DNA of 64,000 nucleotides from a virus (lineage: Duplodnaviria; Caudoviricetes), in the IMG/VR virus record IMGVR_UViG_3300028591_000078, positions 1-64,000 of that record; one strand, written 5' to 3'. The stretch's first letter is position 1, and each line of letters opens with the position of its first letter. Both the position numbers and the translations under genes were made by a program. Of the stretch, positions 1 to 9,782 are shown one piece after another. The notes under the pieces are model-generated. The model searched no databases and was not told the DNA's origin. It saw only the letters and a program-made list of their open reading frames with translations.

Positions 1-2136
1 TGTTTGCAGCACTTGAATCAGCATTTGAATCTCATTCATGGTGAGGTTCCACTGGTATGTACAGGATATGAGGATGAGTTTGCTAAGTATTCATCTTCAT
101 ATAAAGTAACAGATGCAGAGTATAGAGTTGTAAAGAAGATCCAGAAGTTTAGCAAGCATCCAGGACTTCATTACTTTACTATACTTGAAAATACAGAGAC
201 TGGTGAACTGTCTCTGTTAGAAAGAGTTTCATATGTCCATACTACAGAAGCATTCGGATATATGATGAATAATGAAGGTATAGATTCCTATAATGAAGGA
301 ACCTATATACCTGCTGGTACAATATTAGAGAAGAGTACATCTTATGACCCTTATGGTGGTCATTGTGATGGTATAAATCTCTTAACCACATATATGGCAC
401 TTGGAGATACTACTGAAGACCCGATAGTAATCTCTGAGTCTGCTGCAAAGAAACTTGCATCTCCTACAATAAAAGAGATAAGCATTATCATTAATGATAA
501 TGATGTGCTTCTCAATCTGTATGGAGATGATGGCGAGAAGACAGAACGTGTTATGGGTACAAATGAACTCGCTAACTACGTTTCTAATGGATATAAAACT
601 TTCCCTGATATTGGAGAAGATGTTAAGGATGGTATTGTATGTGCATTCAGAAAAGAGAAGAAAGATGAATCTCTCTTTACTCAGACAGCATCTAGATTAC
701 AGGATATAATGATGTCTGATGAAAAGATCACCAGCTCTGGTACTATTGTAGATATAAATGTATATTGCAATAATCCTGATGCATTACAGCAGTCCTATTA
801 TAATGGACAGATAAGGGAATACTATAATGAGAATATAAGATTCTGTCGAGAGATAGTATCTGTTCTTGATAACTTCCCACTCAAAAAGAAGACCATTGAA
901 CTCCAGAGAATCTATAATATAAGTAAAAGAATACTCAATGGTGAACAGTTCACATTCGATAGACCTTTCTCTAACCTCTGTATAGTGCTTACAGTCTTTG
1001 AAGTAAATGAATTCAGCGAAGGTGATAAGCTTTCTAATAGATATGGAGGTAAGGGTGTTGTCTCTAGAATAAGAAAAGATGAGTATATGCCGATGTTAGA
1101 CAATGGTGAAAGAGTAGAATGCATATTCAACTCTAGTACTTGTGTTAACAGAGAAAATCCGTCTCAGCTTATAGAGACTTCTATAACCCATATAGGTAAT
1201 CGTATAGTAGACTTCTTCAATACTAATACACTTGATGTAGGAGAAATGATCGATATCTATGAAAGATTCCTTAAGATCGTAAATCCTGAACAGTGTGAGT
1301 ATATTATAAATACACTTGAAAATCTTGAAGAGCCTGATCTGATAGAGTTTTTTGGATCTATTATAACTGATAAAGGTATAAGAGTATCTATGAATCCTAT
1401 CTCTAACTCGCTTGATATAGATATAATAGCAAAGCTTTATGAAGAATTCCCTTGGGCTAAGCAGTATACTCTTATGGTTCCGAGAGTAAATAGCTGTGGA
1501 GAACTTGAGTATATCAAAGCTCATAGACCTTTAGTTGCTGGAAGACAGTATATCTATAGATTAAAGCAGTATGCAGAAGAGAAGTTTTCTGTAACTTCGC
1601 TGTCTGCTACTAATATAAAGAATGAGAATTCTAGATCTAAAGCAAATAAATCATATAGAGCACCGTTTACTAAGACTCCTGTAAGATGGGGAGAAATGGA
1701 AACTGGTGATCTGCTCCACTTAGGGCCTGAGTTTATAGCTCAGAACCTTATGCTATATTCTACTTCACCGAATGCAAGAAGACTTACTGAACAGCTTCTT
1801 ACTGGTGATGCATTCAATATAGATATAAAGCTCGATTCTAATTCTAAAAGTAGAAGTGTTGAGATTCTCAATGCTTATCTTAAGACTATGGGATTAAGAC
1901 TCATATTTATTAAGAAACCTAAGAAGAAGAAACCTGCCTTTATAAGGAATCCATTCATTCATTTCATAGAGGATAGACGTCCTGCATATCAGGTTCATCC
2001 GTTTATCCATATGCATCCTGAAGAGACAGCTGCTCCAGATTACTTTGAGAAGCTGTATAAGAAGGAGCACTCTGGTATTATTCATCCTTTCATACGGAAT
2101 CCGTTCATACACTTTACAGAGGATGAGAAAAAATAA
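1..2136 (+). CDS. rpoB: Phage multisubunit RNA polymerase beta subunit, C-terminal half (probably non-virion RNAP); 5'-truncated by window edge
   Basis: Beta motifs EDPIVISES, EGDKLSNRYGGKGVVS, YIYRLKQ, RWGEMET, LNAYLKTMGLRL. The frame is open from the window start. Confidence 0.92.
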   Translation, partial: CLQHLNQHLNLIHGEVPLVCTGYEDEFAKYSSSYKVTDAEYRVVKKIQKFSKHPGLHYFTILENTETGELSLLERVSYVHTTEAFGYMMNNEGIDSYNEGTYIPAGTILEKSTSYDPYGGHCDGINLLTTYMALGDTTEDPIVISESAAKKLASPTIKEISIIINDNDVLLNLYGDDGEKTERVMGTNELANYVSNGYKTFPDIGEDVKDGIVCAFRKEKKDESLFTQTASRLQDIMMSDEKITSSGTIVDINVYCNNPDALQQSYYNGQIREYYNENIRFCREIVSVLDNFPLKKKTIELQRIYNISKRILNGEQFTFDRPFSNLCIVLTVFEVNEFSEGDKLSNRYGGKGVVSRIRKDEYMPMLDNGERVECIFNSSTCVNRENPSQLIETSITHIGNRIVDFFNTNTLDVGEMIDIYERFLKIVNPEQCEYIINTLENLEEPDLIEFFGSIITDKGIRVSMNPISNSLDIDIIAKLYEEFPWAKQYTLMVPRVNSCGELEYIKAHRPLVAGRQYIYRLKQYAEEKFSVTSLSATNIKNENSRSKANKSYRAPFTKTPVRWGEMETGDLLHLGPEFIAQNLMLYSTSPNARRLTEQLLTGDAFNIDIKLDSNSKSRSVEILNAYLKTMGLRLIFIKKPKKKKPAFIRNPFIHFIEDRRPAYQVHPFIHMHPEETAAPDYFEKLYKKEHSGIIHPFIRNPFIHFTEDEKK

Positions 2137-2206
2137 TACTAGTTATATATCATTATAGAGATAGGACTTCGGTTCTATCTCTATTAATGAAGAAAGAAGG
2201 TGTATT

Positions 2207-4513
2207 ATGGTAGACTTACAGAAACTTAGAGCAGATTTACTGAGCCCAGAGTTCAAGTTATCTGATCTAAAACTTAAGACTACTTCAGAACTAAATCTCA
2301 TAGCAATGGATCTATTACAGAAACCAGATCCTTTGGATGCTAGAGATGTAAATGACTTGGGTCTATTGCTGAATATCTGTAATATCTTATATAATAATAC
2401 AGATATGGACCCATTACCTATAGAAGATGGTGTATATGATCTTCTATTAGAGAAGTATAAGAAATATAATCCCAACTTCCAAGTTGGAGCAGAACCTGTA
2501 CAGTATACTGAAACAGTAGGTAATATAGTATCTACAGGTCCTGAGATTATAAATCCATTCATTCATCCAGATGAAAAGTTTGTAGATCCTATCTTTGAGG
2601 ATAGGTTATTCAATATGCCTATACCTACTAAGAGAGATTTTACAATTAATCCATTCATCCATACAGATCTTTTAAGTAAAGGACTTAGAAATACAGCTCA
2701 TAATTATCCTGAGTTGGTCGGTACTCTTAATAAGTGCAAGTTTGTAGCAAACTATCAAGCACAAGATCAAGGAGTATTCGATGATCCTAAAGTACAGATT
2801 CTTGAAAGAGACTTCTTCCAACCTGTTATAGAGGCTGGGATATTAGATCCTAATAAAGAATTCAGTATGGTGCTAGAACTTAAATATGATGGTATATCTG
2901 TAGAAGCAGATATCCTGAATGGTGAAGTTGTAGGTGCTAGGAGTAGAGGAGATACTGGTAATGATGAAGCCACGGATCTTACTCCAATACTTCAAGGATA
3001 TAAGTTTAAACATGCTACAGATCCTAGATTACCAGACTATGAGTTTGGTATGAAGTTCGAAGCAGTTATAACTTATGATAATATAGAACGTATGAGACGA
3101 GAGCTAGGTAAAGATTATAAGAATGCTAGAAATGCAATCATAGGAATCTTTGGTAGTTCTAATGCAAGAATGTACAGAGATTATATAACACTTGTCCCAT
3201 TAGCTACATCTCTTCATGGTATGAATAGAGTTGAAGAGTTAGAATTTATGAACAAGTATTATCATTCTGGTGAGTATTGTAGATATACAGTAGTCACTGG
3301 AAACTTCTTAGAAGTAATGTATATGATAAAGCGATTCGTAGATGAAGCAGAGTATGTAAGAGGAGTACTTCCTATCATGTATGATGGTGTAGTAGTATCA
3401 TTCTTAGACCCTGTAATCAGAGAGAAACTTGGTAGAAAGAATAGTGTAAATCAGTATTCTGCTGCTGTCAAGTTTAATACTATGAAGAAGCTTACTCGAT
3501 TCATAGGATATACTTATACAGTCGGACAGACTGGATCTATAACTCCTATGATAAACTATACTCCTATTGAATTCTATGGAATGGTTCAGACTAAATCCTC
3601 TGGTCATTCTTATAAGAGATTCAAAGAATTAGGTCTTAGAGTTGGTGATGTATTGATGGCAGAATATGTAAATGATGTCATGACCTATATCACTAAACCA
3701 GACATAGAAGAGAACCTTAGGAATGAGGCTCCTGTAGTAGAATTTATAACCCATTGTCCTGAATGTGGTCATGTTCTAGTAGAGTCTGATTCTGGTAAAT
3801 CTATCTATTGTCCTAATCCTAATTGTAAGGGTAGAAAGATAGCAAGAATGACTGCAATGCTTAAGAAGATCAACTTTAAAGGTGTTGCAGAAGAAACAGT
3901 TAAACAGATAGATATCTATACCTTGAGAGAATTCTTAGAGATGGATTATGATTATCTCAAAGATCATGGTGTAGGTCCTGAGTTTAGCGCTAATATTATA
4001 GAGCAGATTAAAGCATTTAAGGCTTCTAGTATCTATGATTATAGAATCATTGGAGCTCTTGGATTTACTAATCTTGCTGAAGCTGCATGGAAAATCGTTC
4101 TTCAGAACTTTAGCCTTGAGCAGGTTATGAGTTTTGATGATGATGATCTAAGAATAGCTCTGATGCATCTTAAAGGTCTTGGACCTATAAGTGTACAGAC
4201 TATTGTAAATGAACGTAAATGGTTTGCGGACGATCTGATCTATATAAGTAAGATGCCTAATGTAATAGTATCTTTAGGTCAGAGTGTTACAGGAAAGCAT
4301 ATTAGATTTAGTGGCTGCAGAGACCATGATATGATGACTCATTTACAACAGATGGGTCATGATTGTACAGAAGGATCTGTAACTAGAGAGACTGATATAC
4401 TTCTAGTACCAGCATTAGGATTTACTAGCACTAAGACTGCTAAGTTACCACCTAATGCTATAATAGTCCCAATAGGTGAGTTTAGAGCACATATGGAGGA
4501 TTACTTGAAATAA
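2207..4513 (+). CDS. ligA: NAD-dependent DNA ligase
   Basis: DGVYDLL (domain Ia), ELKYDG adenylation motif, SRGD, YDGVVV, AAVKF, VGQTG, CPECG..CPNPNC zinc finger, HhH and BRCT-like C-terminus; RBS aagaaggtg. Confidence 0.95.
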   Translation: MVDLQKLRADLLSPEFKLSDLKLKTTSELNLIAMDLLQKPDPLDARDVNDLGLLLNICNILYNNTDMDPLPIEDGVYDLLLEKYKKYNPNFQVGAEPVQYTETVGNIVSTGPEIINPFIHPDEKFVDPIFEDRLFNMPIPTKRDFTINPFIHTDLLSKGLRNTAHNYPELVGTLNKCKFVANYQAQDQGVFDDPKVQILERDFFQPVIEAGILDPNKEFSMVLELKYDGISVEADILNGEVVGARSRGDTGNDEATDLTPILQGYKFKHATDPRLPDYEFGMKFEAVITYDNIERMRRELGKDYKNARNAIIGIFGSSNARMYRDYITLVPLATSLHGMNRVEELEFMNKYYHSGEYCRYTVVTGNFLEVMYMIKRFVDEAEYVRGVLPIMYDGVVVSFLDPVIREKLGRKNSVNQYSAAVKFNTMKKLTRFIGYTYTVGQTGSITPMINYTPIEFYGMVQTKSSGHSYKRFKELGLRVGDVLMAEYVNDVMTYITKPDIEENLRNEAPVVEFITHCPECGHVLVESDSGKSIYCPNPNCKGRKIARMTAMLKKINFKGVAEETVKQIDIYTLREFLEMDYDYLKDHGVGPEFSANIIEQIKAFKASSIYDYRIIGALGFTNLAEAAWKIVLQNFSLEQVMSFDDDDLRIALMHLKGLGPISVQTIVNERKWFADDLIYISKMPNVIVSLGQSVTGKHIRFSGCRDHDMMTHLQQMGHDCTEGSVTRETDILLVPALGFTSTKTAKLPPNAIIVPIGEFRAHMEDYLK

Positions 4514-4616
4514 AACTCTACGAAGATCTAAACTTATATATAACCATATATTATTGTAATGATTCAGGAACGTCTAGTTCCTGAATTAAATATCAAAACC
4601 AGGAGGATCAATCATT

Positions 4617-5321
4617 ATGAAGATTGAACAGACAACAATTTATAGCAACCTCAAGCAGTCTATGTATACTGATGGAGGTTTCGACATCAGTGAAGGTGAT
4701 CTTCACGTTATGTTCGATGCGATCTTCGGATCGATGACAGTATTCCTTTCCAGAATCAAGTCTACTACAGAGAGTGTAGCACTTGCAATCAGAGATGAAA
4801 AGGGAGCATTCAAGCTCGGTGGCAAGGTATATTATGAGAACCCTACAGAAGAAGGAATGCCTGGTAACTGGGTATATGTAATGTCTTTCGATGAATTCGA
4901 TATTATCAATGAGACTGATAAGGTTATGGAATATACTGATATGGCATTCCAGACAACTCTGGCAATCTATATCCAGAATGAGTTCCATATCAGACTCAGC
5001 AACACATTCATAATCATTCCGATGATCAACATAGCAGTTCAGACTCTGCTTAACTGGCTCGATGAGAATGCTAAGGATAAGGAAGTCGAGCTTGAAATCG
5101 GCGATTATGCTACAGCTGTTACAGTTATCGAGAAGGGTAAGAAGGTATTCTCTATTACTCCTTCTGCTAAGATGAAGCAGCTTATCAAGGATGATGATCA
5201 GGCCGCATCTAATGCAGCTCTGATGGAATCTGATACTAAGGCTGCAGCTAGAAGCCATGTACAGGCGTTTATTAGAACAACACCTATAGAGATAACAAAT
5301 CCTTTCAATCATATGGACTAA
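4617..5321 (+). CDS. Hypothetical protein; C-terminal part weakly HU/IHF-like
   Basis: RBS aggagga; ELEIGDYAT...KVFSITPSAKMKQLIK resembles an HU C-terminus lacking the DNA-binding arm. Confidence 0.6.
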   Translation: MKIEQTTIYSNLKQSMYTDGGFDISEGDLHVMFDAIFGSMTVFLSRIKSTTESVALAIRDEKGAFKLGGKVYYENPTEEGMPGNWVYVMSFDEFDIINETDKVMEYTDMAFQTTLAIYIQNEFHIRLSNTFIIIPMINIAVQTLLNWLDENAKDKEVELEIGDYATAVTVIEKGKKVFSITPSAKMKQLIKDDDQAASNAALMESDTKAAARSHVQAFIRTTPIEITNPFNHMD

Positions 5322-5333
5322 TCCTATGATAAA

Positions 5334-5372
5334 AGACCCATCGGTGGGGTTTCCACCGATGGGTCTATTTTT
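5334..5372 (+). terminator. Intrinsic terminator
   Basis: 14-bp stem agacccatcggtgg/ccaccgatgggtct followed by atttt. Confidence 0.8.
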
Positions 5373-5389
5373 AATAGGGGGTTTAACCA

Positions 5390-6049
5390 ATGGCAATAAA
5401 CAACAAGTTCATATCTGGTACTCATGCATATGAAGCAATAACTTTTGAGGAGTATCAGAAAAACCCAGAGATGTATGATCAGATGGATACAGCAATAGTC
5501 GAGGGAGATTATGTGTATCCTATAAGATCTAAAGCAGATACAAGACCTAGAATGTATAAAGATGGGCCGTTTTATCATTTTGTAGAACCTACAGAACCTG
5601 ATGATCAGGCCAATTATTCTGCATCTAGAGTAATTGATTTTAGGAACCAGACTAATATTCAGGGTGTAATTGCACAGCAGAATGCTCTTAGAAGCCAGGA
5701 GCGTGCAGTATTAACTACACCTGATAATATTTATGTTCCGATGAAGCTTGAAGATGACTCTCAAGCTATGAAAGGTCTTAAAGAAGCTATCGAATTGAAG
5801 CATATAGACCTTGATAAGTATGAGTCTAGGTTTGGTACAAACTATGCTAATGATAAGAGAATTCTTACATCTAAAGATATAACCTTATCTAAGCTTGTTA
5901 CTATGGCGAATGCCTTAGACCTTGGACTAACATTAACTATCACTGATAAAGAACCTGATGTAGCTAATCCTATTGGGTCTACTATAGTGGTAGATCTGTT
6001 GGGTACAGATGTAAAGGTTCTTCCTAATCAGTCCAGAACGGAGGACTGA
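5390..6049 (+). CDS. Protein with C-terminal XRE/Cro-like HTH
   Basis: KDITLSKLVTMANALDLGLTLTI resembles the end of an XRE HTH domain. Confidence 0.6.
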   Translation: MAINNKFISGTHAYEAITFEEYQKNPEMYDQMDTAIVEGDYVYPIRSKADTRPRMYKDGPFYHFVEPTEPDDQANYSASRVIDFRNQTNIQGVIAQQNALRSQERAVLTTPDNIYVPMKLEDDSQAMKGLKEAIELKHIDLDKYESRFGTNYANDKRILTSKDITLSKLVTMANALDLGLTLTITDKEPDVANPIGSTIVVDLLGTDVKVLPNQSRTED

Positions 6050-6050
6050 C

Positions 6051-7781
6051 ATGGTACAAGACGAATTAATAGCGAAATTCAATGATGAGAAGAGACCTAA
6101 GTTCAATCCCATATTCTTTCATAGAGATGAAATGGATATAGTAGAAGAACTTAAAAAGGTTATTCTCTCAGCACAGAGGGATAAATTCTTCACGATCAAA
6201 GTAGAAAGCTTTAGAGTAATCTCAGATTATGCTGAAGTATATAATACTTTGTATCAGTATGAAGAGCTCTATAGTAAGAACCGTAGAGCTAAAGACAATG
6301 AATACTCTTATATCAATCTTAGAGACTCTGATATAATCTTATTAGAGGTGAACTATTTTATCTCTATAAAGGATCAGTCAGAGCATACAACAGTATTGAT
6401 CCAGATCCCTAGAGTTATAGATAAGTATTACTTCAAGATTGCAGGTAATATGTATTCTGCACTCTATCAGATCGTAGATGCTTCGACCTATAACAATGCT
6501 ACTTCATCTAGTAAGAAGCATAAGATAGTATTGAAGACAATCTTTACTCCGATCAATATCTATAGAAATACCAAGAAGGCTATGAAGTCTTTCAATGGAG
6601 ATACAGTCAAGTGCTTATATTATGATATCAATGTATTCACTAAGACAGTTCCGATTATGAAGTACTTCTTTGCTAGGTTTGGCTTCTATGGAGCAATAAA
6701 CTTTATGGGTTTAAGTTATATCTCAGTAACCAATTATCCTATGGAAGAGAAGGATGAAACCTATTACTCTTTTATGAAGAATAATATCTGGATAAACTGC
6801 CCTAGGTTTTTGTATGATAATAATACTGTAGTTCAGAGTATAATATATACAATCTATAAGGCTATCATGAAAGATACGTCTTATCAAGATTTGTATCTTA
6901 CAGAATTCTGGGCTAAGAGTTTGGGCATGGAGTTCAATAATTCTACTCCTGAGAAGGGGTATGCAGTACTTGACTCTATAGAGAATGTATATGATATACA
7001 GACTAAGTATGTCTTACATTTACCAGAAGAACAGAAAGCAGATATATACTGTGTACTTAGATGGATGATATCAGAATTTGCAGAACTTCGTAAGAAGGAC
7101 AATACAGATCTGACAACCAAAAGAATTAGGTATGCAGAGTATCTTGCCAGCTTATATGCTATGAAGTTAACTCAGGGAATTCATAGAGTCTCAGACATAG
7201 CTAATAGGGCCGAAATAAAGACCATTAAACGAGCTATAGAGATAAATCCTGGTTATCTTGTACAAGCAATCGCGAACTGTAAGCTGGTAAACTATAAGAA
7301 TCTCGTAAATGATCTCGATGCAGTGAGTGTACTAAAGTATTCTTTCAAAGGTATCTCTGGTATAGGAGAGAAAGGATCTTCTGCAGTACCTCAGCAGTTT
7401 AAGATGGTTAATCCATCTCATATAGGAAGAGTTGATATGGATTCTTCCTCAGCATCTGATCCTGGAATGAGTGGAGCTCTGTGTCCTCTTCAGAGGATAT
7501 ATGGAGAATCTATATCATTCTCAGAGTTTGAAGAACCTAATACTTGGCAGGAAGAACTCGCTAAGACTTTAACACAATTTAGAGAGATGACAGGTAGAAA
7601 AGAACTGTTTATAGCAGAAGAAGTACTTCTTAGTAAGCCTCATAATGATGAGGTAGAGAAACTCGAAGAAGATATTCAGGCTGCTAGAAGAATAATCAGA
7701 CCATTCATTCATACTGATGAAGGTGAATATGGTGGATTACCTCTTGAAGGTTCAGGTTTAATTCAGCTTATTACAGAGTAA
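6051..7781 (+). CDS. rpoB: Phage RNA polymerase beta subunit, N-terminal half (probably non-virion RNAP)
   Basis: IQIPRVIDKYYFKIAGNMYSALYQI (beta N-terminal motif) and VNPSHIGRVDMDSSSASDPGMSG (equivalent of VHPTHYGRICPIETPEG). Confidence 0.85.
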   Translation: MVQDELIAKFNDEKRPKFNPIFFHRDEMDIVEELKKVILSAQRDKFFTIKVESFRVISDYAEVYNTLYQYEELYSKNRRAKDNEYSYINLRDSDIILLEVNYFISIKDQSEHTTVLIQIPRVIDKYYFKIAGNMYSALYQIVDASTYNNATSSSKKHKIVLKTIFTPINIYRNTKKAMKSFNGDTVKCLYYDINVFTKTVPIMKYFFARFGFYGAINFMGLSYISVTNYPMEEKDETYYSFMKNNIWINCPRFLYDNNTVVQSIIYTIYKAIMKDTSYQDLYLTEFWAKSLGMEFNNSTPEKGYAVLDSIENVYDIQTKYVLHLPEEQKADIYCVLRWMISEFAELRKKDNTDLTTKRIRYAEYLASLYAMKLTQGIHRVSDIANRAEIKTIKRAIEINPGYLVQAIANCKLVNYKNLVNDLDAVSVLKYSFKGISGIGEKGSSAVPQQFKMVNPSHIGRVDMDSSSASDPGMSGALCPLQRIYGESISFSEFEEPNTWQEELAKTLTQFREMTGRKELFIAEEVLLSKPHNDEVEKLEEDIQAARRIIRPFIHTDEGEYGGLPLEGSGLIQLITE

Positions 7782-7788
7782 AGAAGAA

Positions 7789-7813
7789 GGAAGGTCTTCG
7801 GACCTTCCATTTT
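7789..7813 (+). terminator. Intrinsic terminator with UUCG loop
   Basis: ggaaggtc-ttcg-gaccttcc-atttt. Confidence 0.8.
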
Positions 7814-7853
7814 CCATACCTCAACTTATTATTAATATAAGGAGGCGATATCA

Positions 7854-8216
7854 ATGTCTAAATTCTATAATCCTAAGATGGCTGAAGATGCTTGTATCAA
7901 GCCATTTATTCATTATAGTGAAGGTCAATGTCCTGCATGTAGTGGGGCGTGTTATATCTTAGAGAATGAAATTGGTTCATCTCTGTTATCTGATAATGGA
8001 TTACCAGTAACTTACGATGTTGAGTTTTATTCTGTAAGAGCTTACTGTGTACAATGTAATAGGACATTTCCTGTTATAAAGAAAGGTATGCAGTTCGAAG
8101 TTGTAACAGATGAAAATCTCTTCAAAAGACTTAATAGAGTTCTGAGAGGAATAACAAGTTATGATGAAGATGATTCTGTTGCAGAAGACAATCCATTTGT
8201 AAAAGGAAAGGAATAA
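7854..8216 (+). CDS. Small zinc-ribbon protein
   Basis: CPAC...CVQC; RBS aggagg. Confidence 0.7.
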   Translation: MSKFYNPKMAEDACIKPFIHYSEGQCPACSGACYILENEIGSSLLSDNGLPVTYDVEFYSVRAYCVQCNRTFPVIKKGMQFEVVTDENLFKRLNRVLRGITSYDEDDSVAEDNPFVKGKE

Positions 8217-8221
8217 TATAT

Positions 8222-9109
8222 ATGGAACACAAGGCTTTTTATAAAGAACTTATAGACACTATGGCTTCTCTAATAAAAACTGCTGCTGATCCTGTATTTA
8301 CAGCTGCTTGTTGGAGAAAGATTTCACAGCGTCCATTCACTCTGGATGTCATTAGATACTATTCAGTATATTTCAATGCTAATGTATCTCCATCTGCTAT
8401 GTGCAGTACAACACTGTTTGAACCTACAGAAACCTATATATCTCTTATCGATACAGAAGACTATCATAAAGATCGTATAGGTGGTACACTCCCTCTTGTT
8501 GCATTAGTGCACACTTCTAATGGTCCGCTTATTGCTATAGACTGGTGGCAGCTCAAATCAGATGATAAGAGTGTATCCATGTTTATGGGATTATATGCAG
8601 CATTTAGAATCATTACAGAAGATGTAGTATTCGATGTATACAGAAGTTGTCAGGTAGCTAAGTTCATAAATGAATATGAGACTGTTCAGATGAATACAGA
8701 TCATATTAAGATCGATATTAATGCTATGCACGGTATTGTTGAATATCTTAATCCTACAGCTATGCTTCTTGCATTCCATATAATGTCATTATTTGGAGTA
8801 ACTGAGATAGATCTGGATAAGATAGCTGATAACTGGTTCTTCTCATTCTTAAATGATCGTCATAATAAATTTATCTATGAAGATCCTGATAATGATAAGA
8901 GTAATAAAATAACTATTATGGCTAGTATTCTTAAGACTATCAAAGGCTTAACAAATGGAGAATATGATATAGAATTTGCTATATCCTCTATGACTCCTCA
9001 GAAGCTCTGTGAAGATATCCTTACAACATATGTGGATAACTATAAAAAAGCAGGTATTTTAGCTCCTACAACCTTACAAAATCTTTATAGAATGATGCCT
9101 GATATATAA
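8222..9109 (+). CDS. Hypothetical protein
   Basis: 295-aa ORF in operon context; RBS aaggaa. Confidence 0.7.
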   Translation: MEHKAFYKELIDTMASLIKTAADPVFTAACWRKISQRPFTLDVIRYYSVYFNANVSPSAMCSTTLFEPTETYISLIDTEDYHKDRIGGTLPLVALVHTSNGPLIAIDWWQLKSDDKSVSMFMGLYAAFRIITEDVVFDVYRSCQVAKFINEYETVQMNTDHIKIDINAMHGIVEYLNPTAMLLAFHIMSLFGVTEIDLDKIADNWFFSFLNDRHNKFIYEDPDNDKSNKITIMASILKTIKGLTNGEYDIEFAISSMTPQKLCEDILTTYVDNYKKAGILAPTTLQNLYRMMPDI

Positions 9110-9110
9110 G

Positions 9111-9389
9111 GTGAGCACAATGCAGATAATAAGTCCATTCATCCATACGCCTTGCTATTGTGAGGCATGTGGAGGTGAAACTGTAATGCTAATGACTGAT
9201 TCAGATAGAGCCATTAACTACCCCAGTATAATAGAAAATAATGATATGATGGAGTTGAATAGAATACTCAATATGTCTTGTATCAGTTATATGATGTGTA
9301 AGAAGTGTAATACTAAATATATGATAGATTGGACAGATAGACTACCCAAACCATTATATAATCTTACACCAGCATTAACTATATTATAA
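9111..9389 (+). CDS. Small zinc-ribbon protein (start may be ATG at 9120)
   Basis: CEAC...CKKC. Confidence 0.65.
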   Translation: MSTMQIISPFIHTPCYCEACGGETVMLMTDSDRAINYPSIIENNDMMELNRILNMSCISYMMCKKCNTKYMIDWTDRLPKPLYNLTPALTIL

Positions 9390-9421
9390 AAAATAAGGGC
9401 TGGTTGCCCAGCCCCTGTTTT

Positions 9422-9613
9422 TTACTCGCTGCAAAGCGAGCTGATAAAGTCATCAATGCGGTCTCTAGTTTTAGACGGCTTATATGACTTCTTTATCATC
9501 TTGTCGAGCACTTTGTAAATATTAGTGCTCTTTTTCTGGTTGGGAGCGGGTATCTCCTCAACCATCACGGGAACATACCCATATTCGGGTAAATACCCAT
9601 AGGTGATTTTCAT
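9422..9613 (-). CDS. Small early protein, 63 aa
   Basis: Extended SD GAAAGGAGGTGA, upstream early-type promoter, downstream terminator hairpin at 9398-9416. Confidence 0.7.
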   Translation of the reverse strand: MKITYGYLPEYGYVPVMVEEIPAPNQKKSTNIYKVLDKMIKKSYKPSKTRDRIDDFISSLCSE

Positions 9614-9711
9614 TATGAGTCACCTCCTTTCTCAAAAAGACGTGCTCAGAGGCTTGTTACCTCTGAGCATATCTTTTGTTTTTTATAAGTAAAAAAGAAT
9701 AACTTTCTTAT

Positions 9712-9730
9712 TCACTATTATAATATATAA
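9712..9730 (-). promoter_or_regulatory. Early-type phage promoter TTATATATTATAATAGTGA (copy 1 of 4 identical)
   Basis: Identical 19-mer at 9712, 18854, 29050 and 45992, each upstream of a minus-strand small gene; resembles the phiKZ early motif TATATTAC. Confidence 0.75.
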
Positions 9731-9782
9731 TTGAGATTTTATTTTTTATCGTTAGGGTAACTTTTAATAAGAGGTGATCGTA

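Noticed and set aside
4608-5396. 262-aa antisense ORF, and similar antisense ORFs such as 21463..22350 and 14986..15639
   Set aside because: They shadow well-supported plus-strand genes and have no RBS or protein-like motifs.
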